In this document: piece by piece, positions 49,501-60,900 of the stretch
Layout of the letters: each line of letters begins with the position of its first letter
Numbering within the stretch: the stretch's first letter is position 1
NCBI GenBank assembly: GCA_020536535.1
Contig: JAHLWZ010000381.1
Coordinates: 1-64,000, forward strand
Direction: 5' to 3'
Length of the DNA stretch: 64,000 nucleotides
Origin: Pelomyxa schiedti
Lineage: Eukaryota > Protista > Evosea
Notes under the pieces: model-generated
Database searches by the model: none
Seen by the model: only the letters and a program-made list of their open reading frames with translations
What the model was told of the DNA's origin: nothing
Made by a program: the position numbers and the translations under genes

Positions 49501-52500
49501 TCTTCATCACCAGAGGTGGTGCCGACAATCGGCGTTGCAGAGTTGCTCTCACTTGGTGTGCTGGTGCTTGGTGGCAACACACGATACTCCAAAAAGCAAT
49601 CCTTGCAGATCTTAAAGTCGCATTTGTAACAATACCAACCATTGGCATCAGGATTCCAAGACTCACGTACAGCTTGACAGCAGTCACATGCCCAACAGTA
49701 AGACATGCCCTGAGTAGCCCAGTCACAGGCGAATTGTGGCATGTATTCCATCTTGTGGTCATGGATAGACACTTCGGCCAGGACAAGAGGAGGGGGATGT
49801 GCCATCAGGAGGAGTGCGTCTTTGTGTTGCTTGAAAATCATTTTAACCCCATAAAATGGATCATCAGCCGGCTCTGAAACATTGTCAGTTGGACCCATCA
49901 TGGTTTCAAAGAACTTTGTGTACTCATCGTGACCTTCCACTGCTGGCAACCACTGGACTTTTTCACTGATTTCCTCAACAATCGCACTCACAATCTCGTG
50001 AGCTGTCTCGCGGTAGTTGCTCTGCATGAACTTTATTGTCTCCCTGCACTTCACTTGCGGAAAGTTCGAGAATGGCATGCTGGAACAGAGTTGGATCTCC
50101 TTGTAAATCTTGTAAGCAATGAAGTATTCCTGAAGCGACTTGTGGAGGAACATGAACGTGTTGGCTCCCTTCTTCTGAACAGGACACCCAGACAGGACGA
50201 GTTGGGTGCTCCTGTTCGTGGGGCTGAAGAACCTCTCGAGTGGGTTGTTCTGATCGATCACCTCGACACCCTGGCTGTTCAGTGTCCACACGGGACTGTA
50301 TTGAAGTGCTGTCGCTCCCTTCGTGAACATGAAGATCGCGAGGTTCTCGGAGAACGACCTGAAGTCCTCGATGATGTCACCACCAACCTGGAAGTTGAAC
50401 TTGACCTCCTCGACGTCGTCGGTGAGGTGCTGAGTGCACTGTGCCATCCTCTCTGGTGTGATCTTCGACTTTTGCCTCTGGAACCACTGTTCCACGAACC
50501 TGTCATAAAGTTCAAGCCTCGTCAGGTTCGTTGACAGCTCCATCGACAATGCCGGCGCACTGTTTCCGCTGTTGCTGCTGTCGTCGAACCTCTTCCTGCT
50601 CCTGTCCTGCTCCATCTGGTCGACGAGGGTGGGGAGGATTTCCATGAACATTGTGAGGATGAACGGAGTCCTCAGCAGCTCCTCCACACCTTTCAGGAGT
50701 TCCTTGTGTTGGTTGAACAGGTCCGCGCTTCTCTTGCCCTGAGACCCTCCAAACGTGGAGTATTTTTCGACGTATTCCTTGATTTTGTGCCGTGTGAATG
50801 GTTCGATAAACCAGCACAGAACTTCTGGCTGCTCGGCAACCTGTATGGTTGTGTCTGATGACTTGCCAAGAGGACCACCAACAGAAGGAGGGACTCGCCA
50901 GTCAGTTTGAGCGCTTCCACTTGCTCCTGCCACTGTGGTTGTCGCAGCAGATTTTCCATGCTTAGTGCCGCTGGAACCACCAAGGCAACAGAAACTCTGG
51001 AAGAAATTTTGCCCAATCTTCTCAGGCCTGCTGGACACCAAGACCTGAGAGTGTTTCCAGTCACCAAGTTTGTTGGCTTGGCAGATGTTCACACCAACCT
51101 CGAGGGTGATCTCGTCATAACCATCGAGGATGAACAACACACGCCTCCCTTCCTTGATTTCATCAATGTTGCTCTGCGAGAACCCAAGTGATGTCAATGC
51201 CTCTTGCTTGGGTTCTTGATTGTTGCAAGTGAGATGAAGATCGGGATGACGTGGCACCTGTCATACGACTCCCACAGGAGTTTTTCCACAAAGTGCCCGA
51301 ATGTTGACTTTCCAGTTCCACCAGGACCAACAAGGACAAGTGTTTTGGTTGGCGGTGGGGCTGCGGCTGCTGTGCTTGTTGTCTCTGTTGTTGTTGAAGA
51401 CGAGGATGAGGAAGAGGAGGAATGAGACCTCCCACTGTGGTGGCGATGAGACTGTGACGTGACTGGAGGATCCAGTTTCAGTAATTTTTTGAACAGGGTG
51501 TCAGTCAACGGTGGTGTAGCCTTGTCAAGGACGCCCTCCCTGCAATTGCTTTCAACGTATGTCTTGAGTAGAGTATCGAGCTGTGGATCTTCCAAAGTGC
51601 GCTTCCTGAGATCCATCACCTGGTCATCAACAGAGTCTTTGAGTGTTGCCAACACCTCCGCCTTGGCTTTCATGAACAGTTCTGATGTGCACAAAGAGTC
51701 TTCTGCTACCGCGGTTTGCGGTTTGGTGGGTGGAATCAACATCTTGAACTGGAAAATTGGGTGTATATCGTTGTTGGCACTTACTGGTACCGGCAGTGTG
51801 GGAGGAATTGGGTGGGTTTGGAGGAAAAACAGGAAACTGAGTTTCACCGGGCTCAAGTGTGCCTTTGCCTGTGCTGAAAAGTGTGCATCGCTCTTGTTCA
51901 ACTTGTCATCAAAGCAACTGATCACTTCTGCTGTTGGTCGCTCTTTTGGGCGTGGAGCAGCAAGAGTTTTCTCGGAAAGGAGGATGCGTTCTGCTGGACC
52001 AGTTTCCTTGGGTGCAACGTACCACCATTGTCCCTTTTCTGAAAGGTAAATCAGTGCCGGGCAATCAATATCGGAGCACGAACTCTCAAACTGGCTCTTC
52101 CGAGGGTAACACGCCAACCCAAAGTTGAGCCCGTTCTTGGTGTCTCTATTTGTCTGGTGTCTTGCCTCCTCTGTTTGGATGAAGTCCATCACTTCTTCCA
52201 GGATCTGCCAGGCAGTGCTTCCGATCGGAGGAGGCATCGTTGAATACTCACGAAGCTTGATGACCACCATCATCAATCCAACCTCCGAGTTGAAGAACTT
52301 CATCAGGGTGCTGTCGCGATAATCCTCACCAACAAGAATTCCCTTGAGCTGCGCCAGTGCCCAGTTCTTCATGTCGACGTTGTCGTGGAGCGGTTCAGAT
52401 TTGATTACGTTGTCGAGGAGATTGACGTATCCAAGGCTGAAGTCATGTTCACCTTCAATGATCGCATTGAGCTGGCTTGTAATCTCACTCGCTTTCCTTT

Positions 52501-53848
52501 TGAGAGTGTGTGCTGTGGTTAATATTGTATCCTTCACCTTGTTGCCTGCTTTAGCCAGTGTACCCATGATCACACCGGGCTTCGCCGAGTCACCAGAGGT
52601 TGATGGTGGTTCTGCCGTTGTTGCCTCCTCTTTTTTTGCCGCATCGGCTTCATCACGCAACTCTTCACTGTGACGAATGCCAACTTTCCTGGACTTGGAG
52701 TAAAGACGTTCGATGGTGCTCTTCAATTCCTTCTGTTTATCTGGATGCAACGGTTTGAGCTCCTTCGAACCGACAGTGAGCTGCCACAACATCAAGTCAA
52801 TGAAGAAAAGAACATCCATCCAAGACTTCTTGATGTAAATGTCGGCAACGCACTCCTTCAGCTCTGAGACACAGTTGAAAACCTCTCTGATGTCGTATTG
52901 CATGGCCAGATTTGCAATTGCGCCGACGGCCATGTACGCGTGACCAAGACGGGCGGCGACGTCGGCGAGGGGATCACCGTCATCTTGAATTCGCTGAAGA
53001 TTCTGCTTGGCAACTTCGGCCTCTGCGGCGACGTAACACTCGAGGCTCTTGTAATTCGCGTATCGGTCCTTCATCGCCTGGAGGATCCCGAGCGACTTCT
53101 TCTTGTCCTCCTCGTCGAGACCCCTCACGCCCGATGCCCACATCGCTCGGAGCAGCTTGTTGAACCCCTTGAGTATCTGAAACACCCTGTCTGCGTTCTG
53201 CTGTTGCGAGTGAAGTGTCTCGATCTTCGCGATGAGCATTCGATAGATCACGACGAGGTTCTCCACCGGAATGTGCCGCGACGAGCACTGGAAGAGAACC
53301 TCCGCCAGTCCCTCGATCATCGGAACGTCGAACAGCACGTTCTGGTCGATGGTGTTCGCGAGTGCTGTCACGAGCATCTGGACAACTTCCCCGTCGTCCA
53401 CCCTCGCAAGCTGTATGATCTCGCGGATGAGGGCAGGAGTCTTGCTTGGTGTCGAAACGAAGTTGTCGATCATCTTGATTGCCAGACTCTGAAGTGCCCT
53501 TTGGCCTACCTTGTCGTTGACGACCAGCGAACACATGAACTGTTCATCGGCATCGGAATTCTCCAAATCAGCTTTCGCACCCAAAACAGCCTGGGATGTT
53601 GGCACTGGAAAATACTCCGAGACGAAGGACTTCGTAGTGTCGAACATCCTTCTGAGGATGTTCTTCTTCACCTCCGCTTTGCCTTCAGGAGCTGGAGTTG
53701 GCACAGTTCCGCTTCCCATGGGCGGAGGTTGCTCGGCGGCCCTCTGGTGCTCAGCAGTCACGAAACACTCGAGCTTGTTGAACCTGTCCTCGACGAGTTT
53801 CTCTCGGTTGTATGCCAGTGCTGCTACCAGTTGTGCTCCTGATGTCAC
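43536..53848 (-). CDS. Giant STAND protein: helical N-domain - NACHT - DC1 insert - pentapeptide repeats - WD40 - nucleoredoxin-like Trx - ~9 DC1 zinc fingers; frame break at ~51200; true ATG not located
   Basis: Walker A LVLVGPGGTGKSTF; Walker B VLFILDGYDE; FLHKSLQEYF; pentapeptides ADLSSGIFGGADLVRADFSDCKMGQVWLCGADLRNCNMTGV; WD-like repeats; Trx FLGLFFS..IIEISCDRS..FDVTPC|EPTIVVL..FPW; repeated HxHPL..CxxC..YxC..FHxxC. Confidence 0.75.
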
Positions 53849-54072
53849 GTTTTGAACTCGCTTCGCGCGAGACTCTTGTGGAGCACTTGGATGTTCTCCT
53901 CCTTTTTCATGCGAGCTGCTGTGATGGTGGCTTGACGCAGTGGAAGACAGAGCAGTGGACGTTGTGGGGGTGCCTCCCCCATCCGTTGGTTTTTACCTCG
54001 TTTGGGATAGGCAAAACGGACACATCTGGAGAAAAGGCGACAACAGCTGTATTGGACGTTTTATTTGACTGA

Positions 54073-54920
54073 ATGTCCAATAAAGAAACTAGTGAAGATG
54101 TCGGTCTGTGGTTTTTTTTTATTCGCTTAGGATCGGAATTTCGTTGGACTTCATTTTCGTTACTCGAGGAGCTCACAGGGCGTTTGTTTTGTTTGACGAG
54201 GATGGGGACGACAGGCTCGATGCCGAGGAGCTCACAAAGCTAATGCGCTCCTTTGGTGTGTACCTTTGTGTGGCTTAAAGTAATCCAGTCTTGGTACACC
54301 ATCAGCCCCTCCCTGGCTGAATTAAAAAAACACACAGCACAGGACCCATCGTCGAGGGACATCAGAGCGATGCTGGATGGTTGAGAGCTGAAACCGCATA
54401 ACACTAACTCAGTCACAGAAAAAGGGAAACTGACATTTGAGAGCTTCATCAACGTGATGAGGGACAAAATTTCGAACACCAACACTGAGCTCGCCATCAA
54501 GCAGGCCTTTGATGTGCGTGTGGCCAGTCTTCCCCTTCACTTCCCCCATCATCACCATATCACCATTCTTTTTTAACCATCTTTTTCTGATGCAATTTAC
54601 AGTTCTTTGACAAGGATGGAAGCAGGACAATCGATGCGGAGGAATTCAAAAAGGTGAAACGGGTTGCCCCAATCTCCTTGCCTTGTCCTCTCTGACATCA
54701 CAAAACCATCAACACACACGCTCAGGTCATCACATTCCTTGGACAACACCTTGAAGACGAAGCAGCCATGGACCTCTTCAATGATACAACCACGATGGTG
54801 GGGGCAGTGACACCTGGGTGGGACCTATGCTGCAACAGCACGACTGGATCCCAAAACCAACTTTTTCCCAGTCTTTCCTCGGGGAGATGTGGAGGAGCTG
54901 CACTCACAAAGCTCTTTTAA
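54073..54920 (+). CDS. Calmodulin-like EF-hand protein with a degenerate fourth EF-hand (ends approximate)
   Basis: AFVLFDEDGDDRLDAEELTKLMRSF|G, LTFESFINVM, ELAIKQAFD|FFDKDGSRTIDAEEFKK|VITFLGQHL. Confidence 0.7.
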
Positions 54921-54992
54921 AACAAAATTCTTGTATTTTTGTTCTGGAATTAAAAAATAAGTTACAGGAATGTGGCACAGTGTCATGTAATT

Positions 54993-57900
54993 TTATGGCT
55001 GATGTGGAATATTGGCTCTTTCAAACCCCACTTGCCATTGTGCTCTTTGGTCAGAAGGAACATGAAATTCAATAGTGCGCTTTTGGCCAGAGTCTTTGTA
55101 GTCTGTGTAAAAAGTTAGGTTTGTCAAACTTTTCAAAGGAGGCAAGGTACCAATGCGAAGTGTGGAGCCTGCCATGTGACAGCAAGTTATGTCTGTTGTT
55201 GGAATTTCAAGACCCTGTGCCAACAATTTATAATTAGATAAATGTGGAAAGAAAAAAGCGTACCTTGAATCCAGAGGCTGATTTGGTAGTGAATTTATAC
55301 TGAGTTAGTTTACATTTCACTTGTTGTCCCGTGGAAAATGTCAGCTTTCCTGTGAGATCTCTTTTAACCAAAGGAGGAAAAGAAAAGCCATACCAGAGAC
55401 TAACTTTCTGCTGAACAACGCTCGTGAAAGCGCCGAAACCGGAGTACTTGGAGCCTTGGTGACAACAATTTCAGTGGGTGGTGGAATTGAAGTGTTGGGA
55501 AGAAGAAATTCAATTGGCTCGAATGATGATCGCGAGGCGCCAGTATCGAATTGTTGCAGAACGAGTTTGAAGCAACACACCATCCTTGGGCCACTTGTGG
55601 TTATTGCCCACAAATATCCGGACTTGCTCGAATCACTGTCAGGCCAGAAGTGCATATCTCCCACAAGTGGGATGTCACAGTGCCGGATGGCGGTTGGTGG
55701 GTTTGACTGGGTGAGAGTAGAAACTCGGGCACTGGCAAACTGCTGAGAGCGGGCTTTTTGGACCATACAGCCGTAGGCAATGGGGATTGGCATTAGTGTT
55801 GTCTGGAGGAAAGGCTCTGGTTTGCAAGCGGATTTGGTTAAGCCAGCAGATGTAAAGATTGTAGAACAGTCCTGAGCCGAAAAAGTGTCTGCCTTATGTG
55901 CTGTGCTTACAGCGGAAGAAAGCTCCACAAGTAGTCCTGAAAAATCCCACCCTATAATGTCACCTGTGTTATCACCTGTCCACACCTTATCCAAGCCAAT
56001 GCAAATAGCGCTAAGAACACCCTGTGTGCCTTTCCCAACAGGTCCGCTGAGATCTATCCTGCACAGCCATCTGAGTGTACCACAGTGCCAAATATGAACA
56101 AGAGTAGATTTTTGAAGAAGCGCGAACACAAAATCTCCAATATGGGCTAATTTGCTCACTTTGCCATCAGATGGAATAATATTCACTACAGAACTGTCTA
56201 TGTTGATCACACACAAGCAGTTTTTGGCCGTACCAACCCACACTTGATTGGCACATTGCAAAATGCACACAGGTATCATGCCTGGTCCTAGAGCTATTCT
56301 TCTGATGAGGGTTCGTTTCACTACGTCGATGCCCAGTACTTCCGGTGAGCCATCACAGCAGCACCAAAGTTCATGTTGTCCATTGAATGTCACATCACAC
56401 ATTGCAATGATGAAGGAGTGAAAGCCTTCAAGTGTCAGGCTATCTTCCAGACTAAGAGTCAGCTGTTGCGGGGATGAGCAATGCCCTTCAACTTGGTTTT
56501 CTGGAAGGAAATATATTCGCCCATCAGAGGTACCAATGCAAACTCTTCCAGAGACAAATGCACTGCAGAGTGGTTTCTTTGTTGTGGGAGCAGCAACTGT
56601 CTGAGAGGCAGACTGAAACAAAACTTTCCTTGATGAAAATCCAGATGAAGTGGCAGTCTCATAAGGAATAGGAGATAGAGATTTTTCTGGGAATGACGGG
56701 CACCTCAAAATTTTCCCATCATCTAACGTTAAAACAACAAAGCCCTTTGTGTGAACAGAGCATATTGTCCTAATCTTGTTCTCTGGACTACATTCTGCAA
56801 TCAGCTGTAGATCATACATATCAATTATCTGGTTAAGTGCACCATCCAACTCTTCCTGGTAACGCACTAGTGATGTGTTACTGAAATTTTCTTTGCTGTG
56901 GTTAGTGGATGGGGAATACGACCTGCAGTTGTAAGAAGCTGAACCAGAGCCTGGGCATCTGGGCGCAGTGCTTCACGTTCCCAGCAGTTCAGTATCAAGG
57001 TTCGTAGTGCCAAAGGACAAGTAGTTGGTATTTCTGGGCGCAGTCCATTAATAATAAGCTCCTTTGGTCCTTGTTCATTTACTCTAGAAATCTCCCTCAC
57101 AACTCTTTCTGCTGTCTTTGTCACTGTGATTATATTTTGTGCATGGTCCAAAATTCGTGTGAGGAGAGTTCTCTTCCATTCTAGAACACTAATCTTGCCT
57201 TCCAATTTGCTCTTTTCCTCTATCAAATCTGTGGAGGCACACAATGGGTCGTGTTCTTTTGCCATCATTTGGCTCCTTATCTGTGTTATCTCCTTCTCAA
57301 CTTCTGGAAGTTGAGGCCCGAAGGACTGGCAATCAGCTCTGGCATCTTTAAGATCCTCCTCAGAGTATGTTTTGGTGGGAGTCATGTAAACCTCCTGTGG
57401 TACAGTTTTAGAGTATCCAGGTTTGTGGTCTAATTCCCAGAAGGGCTCATGTGGTGGGTTAACGAGTTCCAGTAGTATCATTCCAAAACTATAAATGTCT
57501 TCAGCACAATAATGATTAGTCTCGGAAACCATGAAGAAGGCGGTACCTGAGGCAAGACCATAATTAGCATTTTGTGAGAGAACTTCAGGTGCAAGCCATC
57601 TCCATGTGCCCAAAGTGGTGGAAGTGGTCATAATAGATCTTGTGGTCAGGCCATAATCGCCAACCTAGAAAAATCAGATTTCAGACAGGAGATATCAATA
57701 ACCTTTGCACAGACACTGGCATGAATATCCTTTGATATTATAAATATATTTGGTGAACGCAGATCCCTACTCGTATGAAAAAGGGATGGAAAATATTGGA
57801 ACTGACCTGTGAATGAACCCATTTGGTGGGACGTTGTGCAGAGCATGGAGACCTTTGGCAACATCCAAAGCTATCCGGTAAACCAGAGCACTACTGATCG

Positions 57901-60900
57901 GTTCAGAAGAGTTGAGTAAGCTGCGCAAGTCGCCGTGCTGGGCGAACTCCATTACCCTGCAACCAAGTTAAGTTTTTTTTTTTCTGACAGTGGTTCTACA
58001 TCATGATAACAGGTTGTATAGAGACACCCAATAAGGGAACCAAGTGTGGGTTGTCTGGGAGCTGTGCCATTACCTTGGTAAACAGTGATTAAAAAAAAAA
58101 AAAACAACGAAAAAGAAAACCTCGACTTCTTGACGGAACTCTGTCAAAGTTTGTGAAATGTCTGTATTCCGCCAAATCTTAACAGCAGTTGTTGTTTTTT
58201 TCCCATCAGGGTGCTTAAGTTCAGCTTTGAACACAGTACCATACCCTCCTCTTCCTAAGAGATTTGTGATCTCAACATCAGTGCATGCCAGCTTAGTTTT
58301 GGGAGCAACTCCAGCACACAAATCTGGAGCTAAAGTAGATGGCTTCTGCAACGAGTTGCACTTGGTGCAAGTGAAGTGCTGCTTATGGCTGAAATTGGTA
58401 ATGATATCGTTGCTGTCGTACCAACTGGCAGAGTCAGGACTTTCTCCGTGATGGAGACATCCTAAGCAGCAAATACTGTGCTGTGAAGGATAAATTGGAG
58501 GATGTATTGTGGACAAAATTTGTATGATTGAATCCATTGCCAAGCACAGTAGTGTGGGTGTGCTCGTCGGCTCGTAGGCGTAAATCTTCAAACCCTCAGA
58601 GGACTCAATGTTACACACGGTGATATGGATAGCCTCATCAGGGTCTGGAGTACCAGATTGTGTGGAAATCATGGCACCACTTTTCCACAAGAATTCAGAT
58701 GTCCTTCTTTTTGGAAGCTGTAATAAAGCAGCTTGTATTTGCGAAACAAAACAAGAAGGAAGTCTGTCAAAGAGCAGTAATCTGCAGTGAACATGATATT
58801 CAGGGGTGTGTAATTTGGCAAGGGCAGACTGGACACCTTCTGGCTCACTCTCCATCAAGTTACTTGGTATCAAGTAGCCAGGTCCTGGGTCAACTGGTCC
58901 TTGGATTTCAATTGGTATTATTACATTGAAACGAACGAGGAGGCTGAGAAATTGACGGTGCAGGGTATGATGAAATACCCGCCACAATTCGCGTTCCAGA
59001 ATGTTCTGTGAAACACATGGTTTATTGGAGGCACTGAGTGGAGCAAATAAGATAGCTGCAAGATGAGCAGGGTTCATAAAGATTGTATTCCACTCCTTGA
59101 TATCAGCGAAATATGAAACTTGCCCAACGTTGTGGAGAAAAATTATAGCATCAAGGAGTGTGTCAAGCATGTCAGTGCCTGCTACAATTCGTCTGGCGAG
59201 ATGAAGCAAGTCTCTCCATAATATAATTTCTTGTGAATCTAATTGTGTAATAGTCCGTGCCAGAACAGGCCAGAGACCAGGAACAACTCTTTGCATGCGA
59301 CAAGCCCCTTTATATAGGAAGTCCTTGATCTTATCAAGAAATTCAACTTCAACATTTGTGGTTGGACTTGGCCAGAAGACATCATGTTCTCCCCAGTTCA
59401 ATCTTGGGTCCCAGTCAGTAGAATTGGCCGCCAAAAAAAGAATGGCACGATTTGGTGTATAGCAGTGTGTGGCTGAGGTTACAAGACGGCTCCAGTGATT
59501 GATTGATTGTGGATTCACACTTGAGCCATCAAATGGAAAAATAAAAATAGTTTGTGGAGTCATGAAGAACTGAGGGATATCCCTATTGATAGCTTTTCTG
59601 GGTTAGTGTTTTTGTATATGGGGTTGTCTACCTTTCTGGGAAAAATTGAAGATCTGAAAATGGAACTGCTTCAAATCAAGAGTAGAAACCGTAAGTAACT
59701 CTGAATAAAATGATCAGTAAGAAAAGTGTTCAGATTTCCTGGAAAAAAGGGAATGGCACCAGAACTATACAGTGGCTGGGCACCTAAAGCACTCAACACA
59801 GCAGATTTATTATCTTGATACTTTGGTTGTAAATAAAGAAGATTTAGTGAAGAGAAGTCCTACATCTCCCAGTAACATAACCCTGAATGACACCCACAGA
59901 TGAGTTTTGTTCAGGGAAACAGACTTTTCCAGTATTGTCTCAAGTGGCACGGACGGTTCTTTGCACAGCTCAGACAGATTATTATTTGAATAGTTCACCA
60001 GTGTTTGATCCTTCATCAATGCTGCAATTCCAGAAGGTAAATCCTCCAACTAAAATACCATATTAAACTTACTCAAAAAAGCAAATTGAGTGAACCCTAT
60101 TGTGAGAAATGTTCAAAGTTTTTAGGCAGGTAAGTAACCCAATCTCTGAAGAAACAGTTGTTAAGCAATTGCCTGAAAGCTGCAGGGTTGTGAGTAGGTA
60201 AAAAGATATTAACATGCTCTACATCAAGGGTTGCGAGTTTGGAAAGTTTTGAAAATTGAGCTATATCCTTGGTCACACAACTTATTTTGTTCTCTTTTGA
60301 GTGTTGGTTACACCTTTGAGTATGTGAAACATACTGCTTAGATTCAAAACTTGGAGATCCAGCAGGTTAGCAAGATTGTAAGGAAATTCAGAAATGAGAT
60401 TCATTGATAAATCAACAGTCTTGAGAGCTTGAAATTTGGAATTGGTGGAATTGATGGGCACAAAATCAGGGGATGTCATCAGCTTTAGCTCTCGTAGGAC
60501 AATTTTTTCACCAGTGCTTTCTCCAAGTTTCTTTTTCAAGTCTTGCTTGAGCTCTGTTTAAACAATGTAAACTAATAATCAGAATTTTGAAATACCAGAG
60601 CTCCTATTCAATGTGGAAAGTATTTTTCTTTCATTTCGTGCCAGACCTGTACCATGAACCAAAAGTAAGGAGAGGCAGGAGTTGGCCTCAAGCATGTTGA
60701 GAAGGTTTGGAACATTTCGTTCTTCTATTGGATTTCCTGCGTGAAAAAAGTTAACTAAGAAGACACTATGGAAATATACTATTAAGGTTTAAAGATTGTA
60801 GACTGTGGTTGCGTTCCAGCCCTGTGAAAATATGTTGGATACCATCTTCGATTTTGTTTCCTGTTCTCAAGGATTATTGTAATGGAGACAATCTGAATGT

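Noticed and set aside
52898-53842. Long + strand ORFs (also 43773-44387, 46648-47562, 49929-50534)
   Set aside because: Antisense shadows of GC-rich coding sequence in the giant NACHT gene.
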